Notes under the pieces: model-generated
What the model saw: only the letters and a program-made list of their open reading frames with translations
Told to the model about the DNA's origin: nothing
The model's database searches: none
Program-made: the position numbers and the translations under genes
DNA from: Bacteroidota bacterium
GTDB taxonomy: Bacteria; Bacteroidota; Ignavibacteria; Kapaibacteriales; UBA2268
Length of the DNA: 64,000 bases
Direction of reading: 5' to 3'
Assembly: GCA_021780815.1 (NCBI GenBank)
Contig: JAJXYC010000020.1
Location: 5,046 to 69,045 of the forward strand
Shown here: piece by piece, positions 10,499 to 17,291 of the stretch
Position numbering within the stretch: the first letter of the stretch is position 1
How the letters are laid out: the number at the start of each line of letters is the position of its first letter

Positions 10499-10536
10499 TT
10501 TTGTAATTTGAAATTTTTTTAAAATACAAAATTAGT

Positions 10537-11589
10537 ATGAATAGAAGGAATTTAATTAAACTTGCAGGAATTTCTATTGCCGCTCAATTATCTAATATTA
10601 AATTAGCCAGAAGTATGGAATTATATAATCAAAAACAAATTATAAAGCCAACAGCATTAAAAGAAGGGGATACCGTAGGTATTATTTCGCCAGCTACTGC
10701 TGTTACTTCGCCCGAAGATATTGAACAAGCAACATCAGTTGTAAAATTAATGAATTTAAAACCTATTTTCCCAAAGAACTTTTTTTCTAAAGAAGGGTAT
10801 AAAACACGCTCTCCAAAATTAAGAGCAGATGATGTAAATGAGATGTTTGCAAATCAAGATGTTAAAGCTATCTTTTGTATTCGTGGTGGATATGGAAGCG
10901 GAGGAATTTTACCATTCCTTGATTATAAAATAATTCAAAACAATCCAAAAATATTTGTAGGTTATAGTGATATTACAGCAATGCATCTTGCAATTAATAA
11001 AATTGCCGGGCTATCAACATTGCACGGTGCAGTATTGTTGTCTGATTTTGAGGGTAATACATTTGATTTATTGAAAAAAACTCTTTTTACAAATGAACCA
11101 CTTGGAGTAATTGCAAATCCCACAACTAATTCAATAAAAAATGAAAATCAAACAAGAACAATTATTTCTGGAAGTGCGAGAGGGCAATTGTTTGGAGGAA
11201 ATCTATCGTTAATTGTTTCTTTAATGGGTACTAAATATGAAATTGATACAGATAATAAAATTTTATTTTTGGAAGATGTTGGAGAAGAACCTTATAGGAT
11301 TGATAGGATGCTTACTCAATTAAAATTAGCAGGAAAATTTGATAATATTGCTGGTCTTGTATTTGGTAAATGCCAAGACTGTTCTCAAAAATCTGTTCCT
11401 GCAATATGGGATTATAGTCTTGCCGAATTACTTGATTTTCAATTGAAAGATATAAATAAACCTGTCTTTTATGGTCTTTTAATTGGCCATACCTCCATTC
11501 AATATCCTTTACCGCTTAATGTAGAAGCCAATCTTGATGCAGATAAAATGAATTTAACAATTGTCGAAAGTTTTTGTGAAAATTCTTGA
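10537..11589 (+). CDS. LD-carboxypeptidase (peptidase S66) with a Tat-like signal
   Basis: 350 aa. The N-terminus MNRRNLIKLAGISIAAQL resembles a twin-arginine signal. Contains the S66 nucleophile motif VGYSDITA, plus EDVGEEPYRIDRML and IGHTS. Confidence 0.75.
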   Translation: MNRRNLIKLAGISIAAQLSNIKLARSMELYNQKQIIKPTALKEGDTVGIISPATAVTSPEDIEQATSVVKLMNLKPIFPKNFFSKEGYKTRSPKLRADDVNEMFANQDVKAIFCIRGGYGSGGILPFLDYKIIQNNPKIFVGYSDITAMHLAINKIAGLSTLHGAVLLSDFEGNTFDLLKKTLFTNEPLGVIANPTTNSIKNENQTRTIISGSARGQLFGGNLSLIVSLMGTKYEIDTDNKILFLEDVGEEPYRIDRMLTQLKLAGKFDNIAGLVFGKCQDCSQKSVPAIWDYSLAELLDFQLKDINKPVFYGLLIGHTSIQYPLPLNVEANLDADKMNLTIVESFCENS

Positions 11590-11951
11590 ATGTAAAAAGT
11601 AAATTTATAAAAATACAAATTTATTTTTCTCATAAATTTATTTTTTGATTTTTTTCATTTGAGATTGTTTGAATAATGCAAGAAAAAGAAAAACAAAATC
11701 AAAATAAAATATTAACATTTGTTCATTATTTAATCAAAAAATATGTTTTAGTTTGCACTAATAAATTATTTTTTCTTAATCATTCGGAACTTATTATTTC
11801 CTGAATATATTGATAATCAATCATTTTAACCAATATAGAGTAAATTTAGTATTTCTATCGGGTAAAAAATAAATTTTGTTAATTCATTTTAATTTTTTAA
11901 TTTAGTTTTTGTATTTAAATAACATTTTAATAACATTCCTATGGAGGAAAT

Positions 11952-13055
11952 ATGACAAAGCTTCTTACCGTTATGAGAAGTGCTTTTTTACCGATTTTCT
12001 TTTTAGCATTAGCTTTCACAGCTTGCGAAGGTCCCAAGGGAGCAGACGGAGCAACAGGAGCAACAGGTCCACAAGGTCCACAAGGTCCGGCTGGTCCATC
12101 AGGTGCTCAACAATGCGGTGTTTGCCATAATAATTCAACTTTGTTGTTTGCAAAACAAAGCGAATGGGCACAATCACTTCATGGAACAGGCGAAATGTAC
12201 GTATATGGCAATCAATCTGATTGCGCATATTGCCACACAAGTCAAGGATTTTTGGAATACAACCAAACCGGCGTAAAACCAGTAACTGGTGCTCCATATT
12301 CTGACCCTGCAACAATCAACTGCCGTACTTGCCACAACGTCCATACTAACTACGATTCAACTGATTGGGGATTGAAAAGAACTGTCCCTGTTGCTTTCTA
12401 TGCTGCAACAGTTGCTTCGGCTGATTTAGGCAAAGGTAACCTTTGTGGTCAATGCCACCAAGCACGCCCATCAAGTACTCCAATTGATTTGACAAATCCT
12501 AATGCAACTATATCAATTACAGATATGCGCTTAGGTGCACATCACAGCCCAGCTGCAAACGTATACACTGGTTCTCTTCAATTTGTTCCAAATGGTAATG
12601 CAACAGTTCCAACATCAAATTATCACTCAATGGTAAAAGATGCTTGTGTTACTTGTCATATGGCTAATACTTATGTTGCGCATGGACAAGCAACTGGTGG
12701 ACATACATTTAAAACTGTATCCGATGATGGTACTATTTTCAATACTACTGCTTGCAAAGTTTGCCACACAGAAGTTGCTAACTTAACAAAATTCAATCAA
12801 ATCGGTAGTGGCTTTACTGATACATTCCAAACAGATATGGATAGTTGCGCAACAGTGATGATTCAGAAAGGTTGGATGACAGCATCAAAGAACTGGAATG
12901 CTTCATCCTCTAAACCATTAGTTGTTACTCAAAATGAAGCTGCGGCTATGTATGCTTATAACGCTCTTCAAGAAGATAAGAGTCAAGGTGTACATAATCC
13001 AAAATATGCAAGAGCTGTTTTAGATAATATTATGCAAGTTCTTGGGATCAAATAA
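11952..13055 (+). CDS. Lipoprotein hexahaem c-type cytochrome with a collagen-like Gly-X-Y stalk
   Basis: GGAGG RBS. Signal peptide plus lipobox-like LAFTAC. Eight uninterrupted G-X-Y triplets (GPKGADGATGATGPQGPQGPAGPSG). Six CXXCH motifs: CGVCH, CAYCH, CRTCH, CGQCH, CVTCH, CKVCH. Confidence 0.85.
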   Translation: MTKLLTVMRSAFLPIFFLALAFTACEGPKGADGATGATGPQGPQGPAGPSGAQQCGVCHNNSTLLFAKQSEWAQSLHGTGEMYVYGNQSDCAYCHTSQGFLEYNQTGVKPVTGAPYSDPATINCRTCHNVHTNYDSTDWGLKRTVPVAFYAATVASADLGKGNLCGQCHQARPSSTPIDLTNPNATISITDMRLGAHHSPAANVYTGSLQFVPNGNATVPTSNYHSMVKDACVTCHMANTYVAHGQATGGHTFKTVSDDGTIFNTTACKVCHTEVANLTKFNQIGSGFTDTFQTDMDSCATVMIQKGWMTASKNWNASSSKPLVVTQNEAAAMYAYNALQEDKSQGVHNPKYARAVLDNIMQVLGIK

Positions 13056-13071
13056 GTTATTTTTTAGATAG

Positions 13072-13112
13072 AAACTCCATTGTTTGCTTAATAATCAAAT
13101 AGTGGAGTTTTT
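13072..13112 (+). terminator. Weak hairpin after the hexahaem cytochrome gene
   Basis: aaactcca (13072-13079) pairs with tggagttt (13103-13110), followed by tt. The loop is long and the T-tail short. Confidence 0.3.
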
Positions 13113-13231
13113 CCAAAATGTTTATTAGAGATTTGAAAATAAAATACAATTATAAATAAATTTTATTATGTTTGTATTTTAATGTTTTCTTACGAAAGAA
13201 ATTCTTTATTTCATAAATTAAAGGAAGCCCG

Positions 13232-14500
13232 ATGAAAAAACTTACACTATTATTTTGCACGCTTTTAGCAATATCGTATTTAGGCTATTCCCGCCCAGAA
13301 TATTCAATTTTACAATCTTACGGGACAAAATGTTCTAATTGCCATGTTAACATACAAGGTGGTGGAGAACGCACACTTGGTGGATGGATGTCTCGCAATC
13401 AAACTTCAATCATAGACCCTTCTACAATTGGAATAGGGAAAATCTATGATTTTTTACAAAATACAAATCAAGCATGGAATGGGAAAATTACTTATGGGCT
13501 TGATTTCCGTTGGGAAGATGCTCGTTGGGGGTACCAAGAAGTTGTTCAACAACGTAACCCTCCATTGACCGACACAGTATTAAGCAAACCTTTACGGGAT
13601 AATATGATTATGCAATTTGACCCGTATTTGAGTATCAAACCTTTTGATTTTTTAGAATTAGAAGGTTTTTATAATTTTGCGTATGATATAGAACAATTTA
13701 AAAGATACCCAGGACAACAGCCTTATGCTTTCAGTATAAAGGTGAAACCTGCTGATTACTTACCTGAATTGAGAGTTGGATATTTCCAACCAGAAATAGG
13801 AACAAAATGGGACGACCATTCTTTATTGGTTCGTCAAGTTATTGGAAGTTCCCGTTCATCCTTATTAATCCCGGATGATTATGCTGAATGGGGCGCTGAA
13901 TTAGATTATGAATCAATTCCTTGGTTAGGAGTTGGACTTGGTGTATTTGATTCGAAAGTTATGAAAAATTTAACACTTCCGGACCAAACTGGCTCATCAA
14001 TACCAGTTGTTTCAGGAAACACCTCTTCTTTATTTTTTAAATTAGCTTTTTATCCACCTGAATGGATTCCTGGTTTTACTAATTTCTTCGGTGGATACTT
14101 TATGATGAATAGCCCATTAAAAACAGATAATGGCATATATTTTGCAAACAATTATTATGCAATTGGAGATTTGTTCTTTAACATAGGAATGACAGATAAA
14201 TTTGCACTTATGACTGAGTACATGTGGAGCAAAAAACAAGATTTGCGTACCACAAACAATTTATCATTTGAATTAACGTATCAACCATTAGATGCCGCTT
14301 ATGTATATGCAAGATACGAAGTGGGTAATACTGATTATTTGCCTGTAAGCACAAGTTATCATGCAAATCAGTATGTTCTTGGAGCTAAAGTGTTTTTGCT
14401 CCCATATATTGCATTAATACCTGAATACAGAGTTTTCGATAGAGCAAATGTACCTGGTTATTTTGCAGAATGGGCATTCCAATTACATATATTTTATTAA
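13232..14500 (+). CDS. Fused monohaem cytochrome c / outer-membrane beta-barrel protein (Cyc2-like)
   Basis: 422 aa. Sec signal, then a single CSNCH at residues 34-38. The body is amphipathic and aromatic-rich with strand-like segments. The C-terminus ...WAFQLHIFY ends in an aromatic residue. Confidence 0.65.
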   Translation: MKKLTLLFCTLLAISYLGYSRPEYSILQSYGTKCSNCHVNIQGGGERTLGGWMSRNQTSIIDPSTIGIGKIYDFLQNTNQAWNGKITYGLDFRWEDARWGYQEVVQQRNPPLTDTVLSKPLRDNMIMQFDPYLSIKPFDFLELEGFYNFAYDIEQFKRYPGQQPYAFSIKVKPADYLPELRVGYFQPEIGTKWDDHSLLVRQVIGSSRSSLLIPDDYAEWGAELDYESIPWLGVGLGVFDSKVMKNLTLPDQTGSSIPVVSGNTSSLFFKLAFYPPEWIPGFTNFFGGYFMMNSPLKTDNGIYFANNYYAIGDLFFNIGMTDKFALMTEYMWSKKQDLRTTNNLSFELTYQPLDAAYVYARYEVGNTDYLPVSTSYHANQYVLGAKVFLLPYIALIPEYRVFDRANVPGYFAEWAFQLHIFY

Positions 14501-14513
14501 TAAGGAGAAAACA

Positions 14514-14996
14514 ATGGAAAAGAAAGATATAACTAGAAGAGATTTTATTGTTAATACAGGAAAAGTAATTGGAGCAGGTGTTGTTGTAACAACTATTCCA
14601 CAGTTTTTGACAAGCTGTGAAAAAAACGAGACAGTTACTTTGCCACCACCTCCTTCTAATTTTTATACTTTAGATTTAACACCTTACCCTGAATTATTAA
14701 GTAAAGGTGGAGTAAGGAAAATAAAAATTGCAGGGAAAAACCAAGGTAATGATATTATTATTATTCACCATCAAGACGATTCATTTAAAGTGTTTGATAC
14801 AGTATGTCCACATCAAGGGTGTCCTGTTAATTCACCAAGTGATTCGGAAGCAACAATTGATTGTCCTTGCCATCCAAATGCATATTCATCAGTTACTGGT
14901 GATTGGGTTGCAGGTCCTTATTCAGGATTAGTTCTTAAAAGCTTTGAAGTTGGATATTTTGATGCAACGAAAAAAACATTAGAAATTAAAATTTAA
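14514..14996 (+). CDS. Tat-exported Rieske [2Fe-2S] lipoprotein
   Basis: Start moved to the ATG at 14514, which has an AAGGAG RBS; the track start at 14448 overlaps the previous gene. Tat motif TRRDFIV and lipobox-like LTSC. Rieske boxes CPHQGC and CPCH. Confidence 0.85.
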   Translation: MEKKDITRRDFIVNTGKVIGAGVVVTTIPQFLTSCEKNETVTLPPPPSNFYTLDLTPYPELLSKGGVRKIKIAGKNQGNDIIIIHHQDDSFKVFDTVCPHQGCPVNSPSDSEATIDCPCHPNAYSSVTGDWVAGPYSGLVLKSFEVGYFDATKKTLEIKI

Positions 14997-15035
14997 TTTT
15001 AGATTTTATTAATTCAATATTTTGGAGAAAAAACT

Positions 15036-15377
15036 ATGAAAAACTCAAAAACATTATTCGTTTCTTTATTAGCATTAGTTGTATTAGTTGGTGTTGTTTT
15101 TGCACAAACAAAAACAGGAAAAGATATTTTTATAGACTCAAAATGCAATACTTGCCATTCAATCAAATCACAAGAAATTGAATCAAAGCAAGCAGGTAAA
15201 TACCCAGATTTATCTGAAATTGGCAAAGCCGGTATTGATGAAGCAACATTGCAAAAATATCTTTTAAAAGAAGAATCAATTAAAGATAAAAAGCATGCTG
15301 TAAAATTCAAAGGAAGCGAAGAAGAATTAACTACTTTAGTAAAGTGGTTAAGTGGATTAAAAGGCGAAGACAAATAA
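15036..15377 (+). CDS. Periplasmic monohaem c-type cytochrome (paralogue 1)
   Basis: 113 aa with a signal peptide and one CNTCH. The mature protein has no Met. The only other His is in KKHAVKFKG. Confidence 0.85.
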   Translation: MKNSKTLFVSLLALVVLVGVVFAQTKTGKDIFIDSKCNTCHSIKSQEIESKQAGKYPDLSEIGKAGIDEATLQKYLLKEESIKDKKHAVKFKGSEEELTTLVKWLSGLKGEDK

Positions 15378-15416
15378 TTAATTTGTTTGTTTCACTAAAA
15401 CATTTAGGAGTACTAA

Positions 15417-15755
15417 ATGAAATTATATAAAGGCGTTATAGCCTTAGCAATAGCAGCTACCGTAGGATTTTCCTTACTACCCGCAGAGGAAGTTACAGGA
15501 AAAGATATATTTTTGAACAATAAGTGCAATACTTGCCATAGTATAAAATCGCAGGGAATTGAATCCAAAGTAGGTGAAGGTAAATACCCTGATCTTTCAA
15601 ATGTTGCTTCCAATAAATTTGAAAATGATTTTATTAAAAAATTCCTAATGAAAGAAGAAACATTAGATGGCAAAAAACATGCAATTAAGTTCAAAGGAGA
15701 CGACGCAGAACTCTCAAAACTCGTTGATTGGTTGCAAACTTTAAAGCAAGATTAA
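15417..15755 (+). CDS. Periplasmic monohaem c-type cytochrome (paralogue 2)
   Basis: 112 aa with a signal peptide and one CNTCH. It aligns end to end with the preceding gene (GKDIF..KCNTCHSIKSQ.IESK...KYPDLS...KKHA.KFKG). Confidence 0.85.
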   Translation: MKLYKGVIALAIAATVGFSLLPAEEVTGKDIFLNNKCNTCHSIKSQGIESKVGEGKYPDLSNVASNKFENDFIKKFLMKEETLDGKKHAIKFKGDDAELSKLVDWLQTLKQD

Positions 15756-15775
15756 AATAAACCAATGCGATAAAA

Positions 15776-15815
15776 ATAGGCTGTCGTTGATTGTCAAAGA
15801 CAGCCTATATTTTTG
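15776..15815 (+). terminator. Rho-independent terminator after the monohaem cytochrome pair
   Basis: ataggctgtc (15776-15785) pairs perfectly with gacagcctat (15799-15808), followed by atttttg. Confidence 0.7.
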
Positions 15816-15850
15816 AACTTCTTGAATTAGGTTTAACTAAAAGGTTAAAA

Positions 15851-17290
15851 ATGAAAAATTATAAACTCATATTGTATTTCTTAATGATGTTTTTGCTATT
15901 AAACATAGCAAAAAGTCAAAATAATCAAGTATGTTTAGACTGTCATAATGACCCTGATATGACAACTGAGAAAAATGGGAAAGAGGTGTCTTTGTATGTA
16001 AACAAAGCGGTTTTTAGTGTTTCTGCCCATGGAAAACTTCATTGTGTTGATTGCCACAAGGGTTTTAATCCTGATGATATTCCTCATAAAGCGAAAATTG
16101 AACCTATTAGCTGTAAAGAGTGCCATACAGCGCCTGTTGACAAACACAAGTTCCATCCTCAAATTGTTCAAGCAAATGGAATTAATGGCACACCTGATGT
16201 AAACTGTAAAGGTTGCCATGGCACACATGAAATTAAAACGAAAGATAGTCCTTCCTCTCCAATAAATTTTATGAACTCTGTAAATTATTGTGGAAAATGC
16301 CATACTCTTGAAAAAGACCAATATTACAAATCTGTTCATAATGTTCAATTACAAAAAAATAATCCTAATGCTCCTACTTGTATATATTGTCATAGTTATG
16401 AACTAACACCTATATCAAAATTAGATGGAGTTACCTTAAAACTTAATCAAGAAAAATTATGCCTTTCTTGTCATTTAGATGATAAAACAGGTAAAACAAA
16501 ATTTTCAAAATCTTTAATTGATTATAGTCAAAGTGTTCATGGACAGGCTATTGCTCATGGTAATGCAAATGCCGCAATTTGTACCGATTGCCATGGTACA
16601 CATGATTTAGAAAAGCAAAGTTCGCCAACATCTAAAATTAATAGAAAAAATGTAGCAAACGTTTGTGGTCAATGCCATCCGGGTATTGCTCAAGAATATA
16701 AAATGAGTGTTCATGGTATTGCTTTAATACAAGGTAACCCTGATGTTCCAACCTGTACTTTTTGTCATGGCGAACATAGTATTAATGCTGTTGTTGATGT
16801 TCCGTTGAAAATGTTTACTGATAACAAAATTAATCCACAAGCGGCAATTAAGACGAAAATGATTTATTGTATTAAATGTCATGGTAATGAAACTCTAATG
16901 GCAAAATATAATATTCTACCTTTTAATAAAGCACACGAATGGCTACCTGAATTAGAAAAACATAATGAAACAGTTCGTTGTATTGATTGTCATTCTTCTT
17001 ATGCACCTCCTAATCTTTCGCACAATCTTTTACCACCCGATAAAACTATTAAAAAGTGTGAAGAATGCCATTCTAAAAATTCAGTTTTAATGACAAAGTT
17101 ATATAAACACGAAAAAGAGCAATCCAGAGAAAAATATGGATTTATTAACGGTACCTTATTAAGTGATGCTTATGTAGTAGGGACTACAAGGAATGTTTTC
17201 CTTGATTCTTTTGCTATTCTTGCATTTGCTGTTGTAATTATTGGTATATTTTTTCATGGTTTAATGAGATGGTATTTCAGAAGGGGTTAA
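15851..17290 (+). CDS. Multihaem c-type cytochrome with 13 CXXCH motifs and a C-terminal TM anchor
   Basis: Start moved to the ATG at 15851; the track start at 15791 lies inside the upstream terminator hairpin. Signal peptide MKNYKLILYFLMMFLLLNIAKS. I counted 13 CXXCH motifs. C-terminal helix FAILAFAVVIIGIFFHGL. Repeated tri-haem modules are present. Confidence 0.85.
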   Translation: MKNYKLILYFLMMFLLLNIAKSQNNQVCLDCHNDPDMTTEKNGKEVSLYVNKAVFSVSAHGKLHCVDCHKGFNPDDIPHKAKIEPISCKECHTAPVDKHKFHPQIVQANGINGTPDVNCKGCHGTHEIKTKDSPSSPINFMNSVNYCGKCHTLEKDQYYKSVHNVQLQKNNPNAPTCIYCHSYELTPISKLDGVTLKLNQEKLCLSCHLDDKTGKTKFSKSLIDYSQSVHGQAIAHGNANAAICTDCHGTHDLEKQSSPTSKINRKNVANVCGQCHPGIAQEYKMSVHGIALIQGNPDVPTCTFCHGEHSINAVVDVPLKMFTDNKINPQAAIKTKMIYCIKCHGNETLMAKYNILPFNKAHEWLPELEKHNETVRCIDCHSSYAPPNLSHNLLPPDKTIKKCEECHSKNSVLMTKLYKHEKEQSREKYGFINGTLLSDAYVVGTTRNVFLDSFAILAFAVVIIGIFFHGLMRWYFRRG

Positions 17291-17291
17291 T

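Noticed and set aside
11909-12130. 73-aa track ORF with the repeat RSQGSRRSNRSNRSTRSTRS, overlapping the start of the hexahaem cytochrome gene
   Set aside because: It is the +2 frame reading of the collagen-like Gly-X-Y coding repeat. The 11952 frame has a GGAGG RBS, a signal peptide and six haem motifs, so it is clearly the real gene.
14448-14513. Track start for the Rieske ORF at 14448. The same issue affects the 13-haem ORF (track start 15791) and the WD40 ORF (track start 35898).
   Set aside because: The upstream extensions overlap the preceding gene or a terminator hairpin, and they add non-signal-like residues. The internal ATGs at 14514, 15851 and 35958 are preceded by purine-rich RBS-like sequence and yield proper signal peptides.
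15014-16348. Antisense ORFs across the cytochrome genes (15014-15373, 15413-15694, 15935-16348). Similar shadow ORFs occur elsewhere, e.g. 523-861, 9160-9543, 12016-12315, 27462-28076, 31796-32101 and 56654-56932.
   Set aside because: Each lies entirely inside, and antisense or out of frame to, a gene with strong family motifs. None has a recognisable motif of its own. This is typical of AT-rich or low-complexity shadow ORFs.
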